Shown piece by piece: positions 45,024 to 55,500 of a stretch of 64,000 nt of DNA. The notes under the pieces are model-generated. The model had not been told where the DNA came from, did no database searches, and saw only the letters and a program-made list of their open reading frames with translations. Source of the stretch: Candidatus Woesearchaeota archaeon (lineage in GTDB: Archaea > Nanobdellota > Nanobdellia > Pacearchaeales > GW2011-AR1); the NCBI GenBank assembly GCA_964372205.1, contig CAYJQB010000001.1:226967-290966 (forward strand), given 5' to 3'. The translations under genes and the position numbers were made by a program. Numbering within the stretch: the stretch's first letter is position 1; each line of letters begins with the position of its first letter.

Positions 45024-47894
45024 ATGACTCACATAAAAAGGTTGGTGATACAAGGATTCAAGTCATTCGCTCCAAAGACAGAGATACACTTCGGCCAAGG
45101 TATAAACGTCATAGTTGGTCCAAATGGCTCTGGTAAAAGCAACATCTCAGACGCATTATGCTTTGTTCTCGGTAGATTGTCTATAAAGTCCATGAGAGCT
45201 GCAAAAGCAAGCAATCTCCTTTTCATGGGGAGCAAATACACAAAGCCTGCTAAAGAGGCAAGCGTTGAATTGGTATTTGATAACACTAATAAGACTTTTT
45301 CTTTTGAAGCTCCAGAAGTATCTCTTAAGAGAGTTGTCAGACACAACGGTCAGAGCATATACAAAATAAATGACGAAGTAAAAACAAGAGCTGAGATTGT
45401 AGAAACGCTTGCACATGCAGGAATAGATCCTCATGGTTTTAATCTAGTTCTTCAGGGCCAGATACAAGCAATTGTGAAAACTCACCCTGAAGAGAGAAGA
45501 AAAATAGTAGAAGAAGTTGCAGGAATCTCCATCTATGAAATGAGGAAGGAGAAGTCTATAAAAGAATTAGACAAAACAGAAGAAAGACTAAAAGAAATAT
45601 CTACAATATTAAGAGAAAGAACAGCATTTCTAAGAAATCTTGAAAAAGAAAGAAGTCAGGCTCTAAGATACAAAGAGTTAGAGACTACTATAAAGAGATG
45701 TAAAGCATCCATCCTAAGCAGAAGAATACAAGACAAACAGAAAGAAGTTGAGAATATCCAAAAAACAATTCTTGAAAAGACTGCTCAAAGAGACAAAATA
45801 AAGGAATCAATCAGACAAACACAGGATTCTATAGATGAGATGAATGAGAACATTTCCAAAATCAATAAACACATTCAAAGGTCCACAGGTTTGGAACAGG
45901 AAACTCTCAGGACACAGATATCAAACTTAAGAGCAGAGATAGAAGGCCTGAAAGTAAGGAAAGAGAATTTTGAGCATAGACAACAGGAAATAGAAAGAAG
46001 GATAGAAGAGATGCAAAAATCCATTCCAGAGAATGAATCAGAAATTCTTGAACTAAGGAAAGAATCTCCAATGGTTGCTAAAAAACAAGAAGAGCTGAAA
46101 AAGAAAAAAGAAGAACTTAAGCAGATAGAAGAGGAAAAGAAGCAAGTATACACATTAAGAACAGAATTAAACGCAGTAAAAGAGCGCATTAGAGACAAAG
46201 AACTCAATCTAGAAAGACTAAGCTCGCAATCAGATTCTATTCTAAAGCAGATAGAAGAATACTCTACAGATATAGAATATGAAACAAGAGAGTCATGTGA
46301 GAAAGAAATATCTTCCTTAAAGAAGTCTGTCCAAGATTACAAGATTAAGATTGAAGAGTTAGTAAAGTTAGAGTTAGAGCAGAACAGAAAAATAACCTCA
46401 TCAGAGACTACAATTGCTTCTTCAGAAAAGATAAAATCTCAAGTCCAGAGCATAGAAGTTTGCCCCCTTTGCCAGAACAAGATGACTCCAGATCATCTCT
46501 CACACGTTCTATCAGACTCAGATAGCAAGATAGAAGAATCAAGAAAAATAATCTCAATTTCAGAAGAAGAGATATCAAAGATATTTAACTCCAAGAAAGG
46601 TTTTCAGGAAGAGCTTCAAAAATTAGGTATGAGGCAATCCAAATTGGAAAACGAGCTCCATACTCATAGGATTATCACAGACAAAAAATCACAGATTAAA
46701 TCTTTACTAGAACAGGAAGAAAAGCTGAAAACAGAAATAAAGTCTCTTCAAGTAAAAAGAGATAATCTTCAATCCCATACATTAGACACTTCGAGAATAG
46801 ACGAGAAATATGGAGCCAAGATTATGGAGATAGAGGAAATTTCTGCAAGAACAACAGAAGACATCGACAAGACTTTGATGTACAAAGAAAGAGAGCTTGA
46901 AAGAATGAAAGAAGTCATCAAGCTAAGCAAGCGTGATTTAGGTGAGATGGAGCAGGAAGTCACAGAGATAGCAGAAACAATAGAATCTAAGATTGAAACT
47001 TTGGAGAAGAAAGAAGAAGAGGATGCAGAGCTTACAGCTAAGTTCAAGAAGCTTTTTGCAGAGAGAGACAAGCTTCAGGAGATAATCCAGGAGAAGAGTT
47101 ACGAGTTAAGTAGTTCTCAAACTTCAGCAGCACAGATTGAAGAGCAAGTCAACTATTTGAAGGTTGGAAATGCAAAATTAAGCGCCGAAAGAGAAGCAAT
47201 AGAGATGGAGTTAAAAGAGTTTTCAGGAATTGAGCTGATAAAATCGCCACTTTCCTTTCTTGATGAAAAATTGAAGAAATCTCAGGAAGCTATAAGCACA
47301 ATAGGTCCTACAAACATGAGGGCTTTAGAAGTATATGATGGAGTAAAGGAAGAATATGACAAAGTCTATGAAAAAGTGCAAACAATAGAAAATGAAAAAA
47401 ATGAGATTCTAAGAATTATAGAAGAGATAGACAAGAAAAAAAAGAAATCATTCATGAAGACTTTCAACGGGATAAGTGATCTCTTCAGTAGCAACTTCTC
47501 TAAACTTTCTTCAAAAGGTCAGGCTTTCTTGGAGTTAGAGGACAAAGAGGACATTTTCAACGGAGGAGTGAATATAGTAGTAAAACTCGCAAAGGGAAAA
47601 TATTTCGATGTCACTTCTCTATCTGGAGGAGAACAGACTCTTATCGCAATATCTCTCCTATTCGCCATTCAAGAATTCAGGCCATATCACTTTTATGTTC
47701 TAGATGAGATAGATGCAGCCCTAGACAAAAGAAACTCAGAAAGGTTGTCTGCATTACTTAGAAAATATATGAAAGATGGTCAGTATATTGTAATTACTCA
47801 TAATGATGCTCTCATAATGGACTCTGATATCCTATACGGAGTTAGCATGCATGAGGGTGTTTCTAAAATCTTAAGCCTCAAGCTAAGTGAGTAA
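45024..47894 (+). CDS. smc: SMC-family ATPase (short, 956 aa) with mid-coil CPLC motif
   Basis: N-terminal GFKSF...GPNGSGKSN Walker A and VLGRLSIKSMRA SMC signature, C-terminal LSGGEQTLIAISLLFAI ABC signature and YVLDEIDAALD D-loop; long coiled coils; VCPLCQ at the midpoint. Confidence 0.7.
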   Translation: MTHIKRLVIQGFKSFAPKTEIHFGQGINVIVGPNGSGKSNISDALCFVLGRLSIKSMRAAKASNLLFMGSKYTKPAKEASVELVFDNTNKTFSFEAPEVSLKRVVRHNGQSIYKINDEVKTRAEIVETLAHAGIDPHGFNLVLQGQIQAIVKTHPEERRKIVEEVAGISIYEMRKEKSIKELDKTEERLKEISTILRERTAFLRNLEKERSQALRYKELETTIKRCKASILSRRIQDKQKEVENIQKTILEKTAQRDKIKESIRQTQDSIDEMNENISKINKHIQRSTGLEQETLRTQISNLRAEIEGLKVRKENFEHRQQEIERRIEEMQKSIPENESEILELRKESPMVAKKQEELKKKKEELKQIEEEKKQVYTLRTELNAVKERIRDKELNLERLSSQSDSILKQIEEYSTDIEYETRESCEKEISSLKKSVQDYKIKIEELVKLELEQNRKITSSETTIASSEKIKSQVQSIEVCPLCQNKMTPDHLSHVLSDSDSKIEESRKIISISEEEISKIFNSKKGFQEELQKLGMRQSKLENELHTHRIITDKKSQIKSLLEQEEKLKTEIKSLQVKRDNLQSHTLDTSRIDEKYGAKIMEIEEISARTTEDIDKTLMYKERELERMKEVIKLSKRDLGEMEQEVTEIAETIESKIETLEKKEEEDAELTAKFKKLFAERDKLQEIIQEKSYELSSSQTSAAQIEEQVNYLKVGNAKLSAEREAIEMELKEFSGIELIKSPLSFLDEKLKKSQEAISTIGPTNMRALEVYDGVKEEYDKVYEKVQTIENEKNEILRIIEEIDKKKKKSFMKTFNGISDLFSSNFSKLSSKGQAFLELEDKEDIFNGGVNIVVKLAKGKYFDVTSLSGGEQTLIAISLLFAIQEFRPYHFYVLDEIDAALDKRNSERLSALLRKYMKDGQYIVITHNDALIMDSDILYGVSMHEGVSKILSLKLSE

Positions 47895-47936
47895 TAAAAA
47901 AATAAAAATAGAAAAAGAGAAAATTAAAAAATAAAT

Positions 47937-49184
47937 TTAGTAATAACTTTCTCCGTAGTTTTCAGCTTTTTCAGGTTTCCTTGTTAAAAGCACGATAAGC
48001 ACTACAAGAAGAACTACAAAGACTATTGCTAGGATAACAGTCAATAAAACGACTGCGTTTCCTGTAACAGCTGAGCTTCTTCCTTCCACATTAGCTGTGA
48101 ATTCAGCGCTATCTATAAGTTGTTCCTCAGAGTACACGTTAACAACGAATCCGTATTCACCATCTTCGGAAGCCATAGCTGTTATCTGTACGCTCTTACT
48201 TGAGCCTGCAGGAACTGCCACAACGCTTTCGTCGAAGTCAACACTCAATCCGCTATCAGCGTCAACAACAAGGTCATAGACCATGATGCTGTTTCCGGCA
48301 TTGACAAGTGTCAAGGTGTAAGTTTGTTCTTCACCAGCGGCAAATGTCTTGCTTTTGCTTGAGGATACAACTCTATTGTCACTAGCAGAGCTCTTAATGA
48401 AGACCTTCTTACTTGCGAAAGTAGAGGAGTCGTCATTGAATGCTTCTAGCTCAAGGGTATAAAGACCTTCTGCAACGTTTGAAGGAATTCCAACCAGAAC
48501 TCTTCTCATTACAGCGTCTTCTGAGTTATCTCCATCAATATTGTCCTTGGCATAAAGATCTCCATAGAAAACAGTTCTGCTTATTCCAAGTTCAGCTATT
48601 GTAGCTCTCAAATAAACGTCTTCTGCTTTGTGGATTCCTCTATTCTTCACGACAACATCTACTGCAAGATTGTCTCCAGCTTTTACTTCATTCAAAGCAT
48701 CAAGAGGAGCAATCTCCAATAGGTAGGAGTCCCTTTGAACTACTAAGTCAATTCTTGCTTCGTCACCAACGCCATTTTCTCCTTCAACGGTAACCACCAA
48801 TGTAAAGGCTTCCTGTAAAGGATCTAGGTCGGATGGAACTCTCATTGTAAGAGTATTGTGGTAGGTTCTTCCACCATACGCTACAAACTCTTGTGTCTCA
48901 ACAAGTGTGCCACTCTCTCCCAAAATTCTTGCGGTGACTCTTGCAGTCCAGATTGGACTTATATTGTCATCAATTGTAACTACAGTGCTGATTTCAAGTT
49001 CATCGCCAGCGAAAACGCCAGTGACTCTATCATCTTCAGCTGTAAGTTGCCCATTGACACCAATTCTATTGAAGTCTGCCCAGTCATCTAATGCCAAGGC
49101 ACCCGGAACTACAAGAATTGCTAGTGCAAAAAGTGCAACAAGTGTAACCAAAATATTTTTGGCTCTCATTTTTGTTGTGTCCAT
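47937..49184 (-). CDS. cell-surface protein with signal peptide and C-terminal TM anchor
   Basis: N-terminal signal/TM, beta-rich repeats, C-terminal VVLLTVILAIVFVVLLVVLIVLLTRK anchor. Confidence 0.5.
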   Translation of the reverse strand: MDTTKMRAKNILVTLVALFALAILVVPGALALDDWADFNRIGVNGQLTAEDDRVTGVFAGDELEISTVVTIDDNISPIWTARVTARILGESGTLVETQEFVAYGGRTYHNTLTMRVPSDLDPLQEAFTLVVTVEGENGVGDEARIDLVVQRDSYLLEIAPLDALNEVKAGDNLAVDVVVKNRGIHKAEDVYLRATIAELGISRTVFYGDLYAKDNIDGDNSEDAVMRRVLVGIPSNVAEGLYTLELEAFNDDSSTFASKKVFIKSSASDNRVVSSSKSKTFAAGEEQTYTLTLVNAGNSIMVYDLVVDADSGLSVDFDESVVAVPAGSSKSVQITAMASEDGEYGFVVNVYSEEQLIDSAEFTANVEGRSSAVTGNAVVLLTVILAIVFVVLLVVLIVLLTRKPEKAENYGESYY

Positions 49185-49296
49185 ATTTAATTAATATTTC
49201 AACCCAGAAGTCCTTTATAAACTTTATGGTAATGACATAAAAACGTAATTATAGAGTAACGAAAAAGTTTATAAAATATACCTTGGTATACCTTAT

Positions 49297-49548
49297 ATGA
49301 ACAATATAACTACTATAAAACTTAATAAAAAAACGAAGGGCAGATTAGAAAACCTTCGCACTCATAAAAGGGAGACTTACGATGAAGTCATACAAAAAAT
49401 GCTCAACATACTCAACATTTGCAAGGCAAGCCCGGAGCAGGCAAGGATAAGATTGAGAAATATAGACAGAATTAGGATAATGAGCAAACAAAATAAGTCT
49501 AGCTCTGTAAAATCTTCAGACCCTCAACACAATCCTCAACAAGAGTAG
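49297..49548 (+). CDS. hypothetical small protein (doubtful)
   Basis: Overlaps 3' end of the convergent nfo gene by 50 nt. Confidence 0.2.
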   Translation: MNNITTIKLNKKTKGRLENLRTHKRETYDEVIQKMLNILNICKASPEQARIRLRNIDRIRIMSKQNKSSSVKSSDPQHNPQQE

Positions 49549-50266
49549 GAGACTCATTAACAATTACTATCTCTTTGTTTTCAGGCAAGTTTGCAAACAG
49601 TTCTTTCCATTCATCTGTCTTTGTTGTTATATGATGTTTTTCTCCCTTTTCACCATACACAATTCCTGAAAAGTGGCAGTGCCATTCTTTTTGAGGAAAG
49701 AGCATTTTCACTTTTTCATAATCAACTCTCTTATCTCTAGCAAGCATGTGGGCAAAATCAAGACAAAAAGAACATCCAGTATCATTAACAAGTTTAGATA
49801 TCTCTTCAACACTTCCAAAAACATTTACCTTTCCCATAGTTTCAGGAGCAATTTTTATCTTCCATCCCTTTTCTTTTATTTCTTGCATCATAGAATCAAC
49901 TCCCTCTTTTATCTTTCCGTACGCACTTTCCTTGTCCTTTCCATAATATCCCGGATGAAACACAACTGTTTTAACCCCCATTATCTCTCCAATTCTACAA
50001 CAGTCCAAAATTCTTTTCTTAGTTGATTCTCTTTTCTCTTTCTCAGAGGAGTTCAAGTTCAGCCAATAAGGAGCATGAATGCTTAGGTTTATCCCAAGCT
50101 CCTTAGCTTTCTTACCGATAGCTTCTGCATCAGAATCACTCTTTATGTATATTCCATAAGTAAACGCAATTTCACAAGCTCCGAATCCAAGTTCATGATA
50201 TTTCTCAAGAGTTCGAATAGCAGTCTTTACAGGTCCAAGCCCGGCAGGTCCGATTTTAATAGCCAT
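49499..50266 (-). CDS. nfo: endonuclease IV-like AP endonuclease / xylose-isomerase-fold TIM barrel
   Basis: SIHAPYWLNL and VVFHPGYY metal-binding boxes characteristic of AP endonuclease family 2. Confidence 0.6.
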   Translation of the reverse strand: MAIKIGPAGLGPVKTAIRTLEKYHELGFGACEIAFTYGIYIKSDSDAEAIGKKAKELGINLSIHAPYWLNLNSSEKEKRESTKKRILDCCRIGEIMGVKTVVFHPGYYGKDKESAYGKIKEGVDSMMQEIKEKGWKIKIAPETMGKVNVFGSVEEISKLVNDTGCSFCLDFAHMLARDKRVDYEKVKMLFPQKEWHCHFSGIVYGEKGEKHHITTKTDEWKELFANLPENKEIVIVNESPTLVEDCVEGLKILQS

Positions 50267-50295
50267 AATATAATGGAGTTTAAGGATTTAAATTT

Positions 50296-50748
50296 TTACT
50301 GATTCAACAAGTCATCTTTGATATCATCCAAGTTGTCCACAATGTATGCATGGAGATTCTTTATCAAAATAGTCTGCAAATCCTCTTTCAACAAGCCATG
50401 GCATTTAGATAAATCTTTCTCCGGGAACGCTGTCTCTCCAATATCATAAGCACAAATCATTGCATGCCCTTCATAGTTTCTAAGCTCAAGGTCTCCTTCC
50501 TTAGCTTGTAATAGTGTCACCTCTATAGAGCATCCATCTATCTTTTTACCAACTATTCTATAATCCCATGAAGCCTCGGTTTCTTCATTAATATAATGGG
50601 CACGCCTGCATGTTTCCATATATTCGTCAAAACAAGCTTTATCAGAACATTCTTTTCCTTGCACAAACCTGAATGCAAGAATAACAGCGAGTAATAAAAC
50701 AACTAACATAACAATTGCCAGTCCAATAAACCTCTTTTTATTCATCAT
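50296..50748 (-). CDS. hypothetical secreted/membrane-anchored protein
   Basis: N-terminal TM/signal, Cys-containing ectodomain. Confidence 0.4.
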   Translation of the reverse strand: MMNKKRFIGLAIVMLVVLLLAVILAFRFVQGKECSDKACFDEYMETCRRAHYINEETEASWDYRIVGKKIDGCSIEVTLLQAKEGDLELRNYEGHAMICAYDIGETAFPEKDLSKCHGLLKEDLQTILIKNLHAYIVDNLDDIKDDLLNQ

Positions 50749-50791
50749 ATCTCTAGGATTTTATCCTATATAAATATTAAGATTCTAAGAT

Positions 50792-51964
50792 TTAGATGCT
50801 AACAAGCTGCACTTTAGAATTAGGCACATAAGCAAAATTTGTAGCCCCTAGATAAGATACTCCCTTTTCATCACAGGATTTTATAAGGGGAGATGTAGCC
50901 TGTCCATCAACTATAACTGCAAAAACCCTTTTTCTTGTTCTAACCAATACTCCTGGAAGTCCAGCAGAATTAACTCTCTTCAGCTCATTCATTCCATTGT
51001 CAAAAAGAATAGCTCTTCGAGTATCTTTTATTTCAGAATATCTTTTTCTAAGCTCCTGCTTTAGGTCTCCTGCAAAATCTTCAACATCCTCGTCCTCTTC
51101 TTCAGGTTTTGTATAGTTAGAATAATTATTTCCTCCGTTCAACAATCCTCCATTTTTTTGAAGGAATTCATCTTTAGTCATTTTCCTTCTCAGACTAATG
51201 AGAATTTCTTTTCCAACAAGCTCCTCAACTTCTTTTCCATCAGGAGCAATGGCGACATAAGAAATATCGGCATTTCCGATTACATTTTTAGCAATGAGCT
51301 TCCCACCTCTATCGCCATCAATGAATAATGTAAGTTCTTTTTCTTTCCCTAATTCAGCAATCTCAGCAGGAAGTTTAGCTCCGTTCATTCCTATGACATT
51401 ATTCACCCTGTTCTTCAGAAGGTTTACAACATCAGCCCTTCCCTCAACAACTATTACTTCAGGTCCACTAATATCTCCACAAGGAAGCTTTTCAGCTCCA
51501 TATTCTTGGATTCTAGCCACTCTGGACTCCTCTTTAAGTGTTTTGGACATCTTAAGTTCATCTCCAGAATCCAACCCTTCTAGAAGTCTTCTAGCTCTTT
51601 CAATAATATAATCTCTTTTGTTTCCCCTCACATCTTCTATTCTAAGCACTTCGATTTTAGCTTCAGTAGGTCCAATTCTATCAATGGTTTCCAAAGTTGC
51701 AGCAATAATAGTAGTTTCAGACTTATCGAGAGCGCTAGGAACTTTTATCTCTCCAACTGTCTTCCCATCAACGGTATTAAGCTCAACTTCAATTCTTCCT
51801 ATTTTTCCCTCTTTCTGTAGCTCTCTCATTTCAAGATCACTTCCTAAAAGTCCTTCTGTCTGGCCGAATATTGCACCAATAACATCAGGTTTTTCAAGAG
51901 GACCATCAGCGCTAAAGCTAGCTAAAATCATATACTTAATTGATACCGGACTTATTTTTGCCAT
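50792..51964 (-). CDS. dnaG: archaeal DnaG-type primase (Toprim domain)
   Basis: IVVEGRADVVNL and FIDGDRGGKLI Toprim motifs, ~390 aa archaeal DnaG architecture. Confidence 0.75.
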   Translation of the reverse strand: MAKISPVSIKYMILASFSADGPLEKPDVIGAIFGQTEGLLGSDLEMRELQKEGKIGRIEVELNTVDGKTVGEIKVPSALDKSETTIIAATLETIDRIGPTEAKIEVLRIEDVRGNKRDYIIERARRLLEGLDSGDELKMSKTLKEESRVARIQEYGAEKLPCGDISGPEVIVVEGRADVVNLLKNRVNNVIGMNGAKLPAEIAELGKEKELTLFIDGDRGGKLIAKNVIGNADISYVAIAPDGKEVEELVGKEILISLRRKMTKDEFLQKNGGLLNGGNNYSNYTKPEEEDEDVEDFAGDLKQELRKRYSEIKDTRRAILFDNGMNELKRVNSAGLPGVLVRTRKRVFAVIVDGQATSPLIKSCDEKGVSYLGATNFAYVPNSKVQLVSI

Positions 51965-52022
51965 TTATACTCCTTTCTGAAAGAATCAGTCGCACATATA
52001 TTCAAAGGACTAATAACGAAGG

Positions 52023-52090
52023 TCCGTGAACGTGATGATGATAGGAACTAATCCCATTCAGTGATGATAGAACTTGTTTTCACGGTATTT
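52023..52090 (+). other. structured element: two direct GTGATGAT(G)A repeats closed by a 7-bp terminal stem (CCGTGAA/TTCACGG); function unknown
   Basis: Read directly; lies in the dnaG upstream region. Confidence 0.3.
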
Positions 52091-52219
52091 AAATCTTTTT
52101 GTAAGAAAAAAGGGTAAAAAATAATTAGATGTCCGAATATATAAATCTTGTCCAAAGTCAAAAATAGACGACAAAACATTTATAAAAGATTGCGCTCACC
52201 AGAAAGATAAATAAAAAAG

Positions 52220-52345
52220 ATGGTGACACAAACTGACTTAGAAGTAAACGAGCCTTCACTTGAGTCAGAATCCGACGAAGACTTGGAAACTGACTTCAAT
52301 CTTGGAGACTTCACTGATCTCGCAAGCGGCGATCTTATTGAATAA
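52220..52345 (+). CDS. small acidic protein (41 aa) with its own TATA box and T-rich terminator
   Basis: Hand-found ORF MVTQTDLEVNEPSLESESDEDLETDFNLGDFTDLASGDLIE; tttataaaa ~45 nt upstream; hairpin-free T-rich tract after stop. Confidence 0.25.
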   Translation: MVTQTDLEVNEPSLESESDEDLETDFNLGDFTDLASGDLIE

Positions 52346-52385
52346 CAACGCCTTTATTTTTTCAGGCTTTTTTTATTTTTTAGAA

Positions 52386-52955
52386 CTAATTTTCTTTCTT
52401 TAATTTATAATACTCTCTTATGTTCCCTAACTTATCATATATCTCAAGCAGATGATTCTGCACTTGGTTTCTTTCTCCAGGCTCAAGATCGAGGGTAAGT
52501 ATCTTCTCAAAAATCTTTTTTGCCTGATTTCTTTTATCTTTCTGAAGGAAAATTTTTGCCTGCACCATATAAAAGTCCTTAAGATTTGTCTTCATCTGCA
52601 TCTTCTCTCTTTCATTTCCAAGCGCAAGAGCTTGCGCAAAAACTCTATCTGCTTCTATATAATCTCCAGACTTTACATAAAGATCAACAACTTTCATATA
52701 GTCAGTTATCTGGCCTTTGAAAGTAGTGTTTATGTCTGCAGCAGCTTTCACAGACCTAGCAGCCTCAAGATACATGCCTTTTTTTTCATAAATCTTGGCA
52801 AGTCTTATCAATGCATATTTCTTTGTTTCAAAATCAAGAGGAGATTTCAAAGCTCTTTGCAAATAGCTCATCTGTACATATTCTCCCTGTCCTTGAAGTA
52901 CAGCTTCCATCTCCCTAGATGACCTCTCTTTTATAGGCCTATCAACGCCATGCAT
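52386..52955 (-). CDS. TPR-repeat protein
   Basis: Repeated A..Y/ALG/ALKSP 34-residue helical-hairpin patterns. Confidence 0.5.
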   Translation of the reverse strand: MHGVDRPIKERSSREMEAVLQGQGEYVQMSYLQRALKSPLDFETKKYALIRLAKIYEKKGMYLEAARSVKAAADINTTFKGQITDYMKVVDLYVKSGDYIEADRVFAQALALGNEREKMQMKTNLKDFYMVQAKIFLQKDKRNQAKKIFEKILTLDLEPGERNQVQNHLLEIYDKLGNIREYYKLKKEN

Positions 52956-53055
52956 GACTTTATCACTTTGTCTTAGTTTTTAATCTTTATTGTGAAATTT
53001 TGTTAGATTTTGCTCAAATCATAAGCTTAATAAACTAAGTTCTATCTGGATATTT

Positions 53056-53286
53056 ATGGCTAATAAACATGAGCCTGAAGATAGTCTTAGGAGCAAAGAC
53101 TCTAAATTAAAAAGGATTGCTAATGATGCAATCTGCGTTGCTACTGTAATAGGATTTGGAGCAGCATATGTTACAAACCTAGCTATACAAGGAGCAAGAA
53201 GACTCTATCATGAAGGATTGTTTGGAGAAAGATCAATTCTCGATGATCATGACACTTCTTTTCCAAAATATAGATTCTATAAATAA
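53056..53286 (+). CDS. hypothetical small membrane-associated protein
   Basis: 76-aa ORF with one hydrophobic segment. Confidence 0.3.
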   Translation: MANKHEPEDSLRSKDSKLKRIANDAICVATVIGFGAAYVTNLAIQGARRLYHEGLFGERSILDDHDTSFPKYRFYK

Positions 53287-53394
53287 AAGCAGATTGCCGT
53301 TTTTACATCAATTTCTCTTTGCCAGTCTAACCTAAACTAAAACTAAATTAACACTTTTTAATATTTTCTAAGATAAAGAGGTTAAAACAAAAAG

Positions 53395-54675
53395 TTAAAT
53401 TTTCTTTGCTGTTACTTCAATACATACACCAGCTGCAACTGTTGCTCCAGCGTCTCTTATTGCAAAACCAGACATATGTGGATTTGCTGCTTGAGTCTCA
53501 ATGACCAAGTTTCCAATAGGCTTGACTCTGACTTTAGCAACTTCTCCATTCTTCAAGAAGTCTGGCTTCTCTGTTTTGTGTCCGCTTGCATCTGTCTTTT
53601 CAATAAGCTCGATGAATTGGCATGGAACCTGAGCTGTGTGCACGTGAAATACAGGTGTGTATCCTTTAGCAATAACTGTTGGGTGTGAAATGACTGCAAT
53701 CTGTGCAACGAACTCTTCAGCTATTGTAGCCGGGCTTCCTGCATCACAGACAACGTCTCCTCTTGCAACATCTTTCTTTCCAACTCCTCTGATGTTTATA
53801 CCAACATTATCTCCTGCTTCAGCAGTTGGCATTTGTTCATGGTGCATTTCAATTGTTCTAACCTCACCATTAACTCCAGTTCCAGATCTTCCAGGTAATA
53901 TTACTACTTTCTGTCCGACTTTCATCACTCCAGTCTCAATCTTTCCAACAGGAACAGTTCCAATACCTGTAATTTCATAAACATCCTGCAAAGGCATTCT
54001 CAAAGGAAGACTAGTTGGTTTTTCAGGCTGTGGGAACAAATCAAGTTGCTCAAATACAGTTGGTCCTTTATACCAAGCCATCTTATCAGATTTCTTAAAG
54101 ACATTGTCACCCATAAGCCCAGAAGCTGCGATGAATGTTACTTCAGCAGGATTGTATCTTGCTTGCTTTATAATATTAGAAACATCTTCTTTACATTTAT
54201 TGAAGGCATCTTCTTTATAATCAACTGTATCCATCTTGTTGATTAACACTGCAATATTCTTTACACCCATGGTTCTCAAAAGCCATGCATGCTCTTTTGT
54301 CTGAGGCTGTACTCCTTCTTTTGCTGCAACAGTCAAGAAAGCTGCATCAGCCTGGCTTGCACCAGTAATCATGTTTTTGACAAAGTCTTTGTGTCCAGGA
54401 GCATCAATTATTGTAACTTCTCTCTTTGGTGTGATTATCTTTTGATATGAAAGGTCAATTGTAACTCCTCTTTCTCTCTCTTCCTTGAATCTGTCCATGA
54501 CATAAGCGAATTCAAATCCAACTTTTCCATGTTCTTTTGCAAGAGCCCTTAATTTCTCCAACTCTTGTGGTGGAACCGCGCCAGAATCAAACATAAGTCT
54601 ACCTATAGTTGTAGATTTTCCGTGGTCTACATGTCCGACGAATGCGACGTTAATTATTGGTTTTTCTCTTGCCAT
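53395..54675 (-). CDS. tuf: translation elongation factor 1-alpha
   Basis: [15 protein letters not shown]1 box, [12 protein letters not shown], full 426-aa aEF-1alpha architecture. Confidence 0.95.
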   Translation of the reverse strand: MAREKPIINVAFVGHVDHGKSTTIGRLMFDSGAVPPQELEKLRALAKEHGKVGFEFAYVMDRFKEERERGVTIDLSYQKIITPKREVTIIDAPGHKDFVKNMITGASQADAAFLTVAAKEGVQPQTKEHAWLLRTMGVKNIAVLINKMDTVDYKEDAFNKCKEDVSNIIKQARYNPAEVTFIAASGLMGDNVFKKSDKMAWYKGPTVFEQLDLFPQPEKPTSLPLRMPLQDVYEITGIGTVPVGKIETGVMKVGQKVVILPGRSGTGVNGEVRTIEMHHEQMPTAEAGDNVGINIRGVGKKDVARGDVVCDAGSPATIAEEFVAQIAVISHPTVIAKGYTPVFHVHTAQVPCQFIELIEKTDASGHKTEKPDFLKNGEVAKVRVKPIGNLVIETQAANPHMSGFAIRDAGATVAAGVCIEVTAKKI

Positions 54676-54813
54676 TTTAAATTGATAATTGTGTGTATTT
54701 TTTGAGGTTTTTAAACTTTGCGGTAACTTTTGTTTTCTATGGAGACCTTGCAGATAATATTCGACAATAACTCAACAAGACATGTATAAATAGGACATAG
54801 TCTATATTTTTTT

Positions 54814-55197
54814 ATGAATGATGAAAAAGATTGGAAGAAGAAACTAACAAGGGAGCAGTATAAAATTCTTAGAGGAAAAGGAACTGAGAAAGCATTTACA
54901 GGAAAGCTTCTTCACAATAAAGAAAAAGGAACTTACAATTGTGTAGCATGTGGAAATCCACTTTTCTCGTCGGAAACAAAGTTTGATTCAGGCTCTGGCT
55001 GGCCTAGTTTTTGCGATGTTATCTCAAAAGGTAATGTAAAACTTGTAGAAGATAAATCTCTTGGAATGAGCAGGACAGAAGTTGTATGTGCAAAATGTGG
55101 AAGCCATCTAGGTCATGTTTTCGACGATGCTCCGCACATGCCAACAGGAAAACGTTTTTGTATAAATTCCTGCGCACTCGATTTCAAGAAAAAATAA
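54814..55197 (+). CDS. msrB: peptide methionine sulfoxide reductase MsrB
   Basis: Two CxxC pairs (CVACG...CAKCG), GWPSF and HLGHVF motifs. Confidence 0.8.
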   Translation: MNDEKDWKKKLTREQYKILRGKGTEKAFTGKLLHNKEKGTYNCVACGNPLFSSETKFDSGSGWPSFCDVISKGNVKLVEDKSLGMSRTEVVCAKCGSHLGHVFDDAPHMPTGKRFCINSCALDFKKK

Positions 55198-55389
55198 TTA
55201 GCAGTATTTGCTAAAACTATGCTCTTCTCTTCTCTTCTCTAATTGTTTGGTTTCTTTTTTCACAAGAGTATCCATTTCTGACTTCATGAACTTCTCGACT
55301 TTTTTGCTCATGCTGTATCCTTCCTTCTTACAGAACTCTTTAAATTTTTCATAGGTTTCGTTATCAATACTAAATGTTTTGATTCCCAT
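55198..55389 (-). CDS. hypothetical small protein
   Basis: 63-aa K/E-rich ORF. Confidence 0.3.
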   Translation of the reverse strand: MGIKTFSIDNETYEKFKEFCKKEGYSMSKKVEKFMKSEMDTLVKKETKQLEKRREEHSFSKYC

Positions 55390-55500
55390 AGTTCACCTCT
55401 TTGCACATTCTTTTTTAATTAAGATTATATATTTTCAGAGATTTTAAAGCTTTCTAAAACCTCCAAATTTAAAAATTGGTTAATTATTAATTAATTTTAA

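Noticed and set aside
52023-52090. Canonical C/D box sRNA
   Set aside because: Two good C-type GTGATGA boxes and a terminal stem are present, but there is no CUGA D or D' box in the required positions on the same strand. It is kept only as an unexplained structured element.
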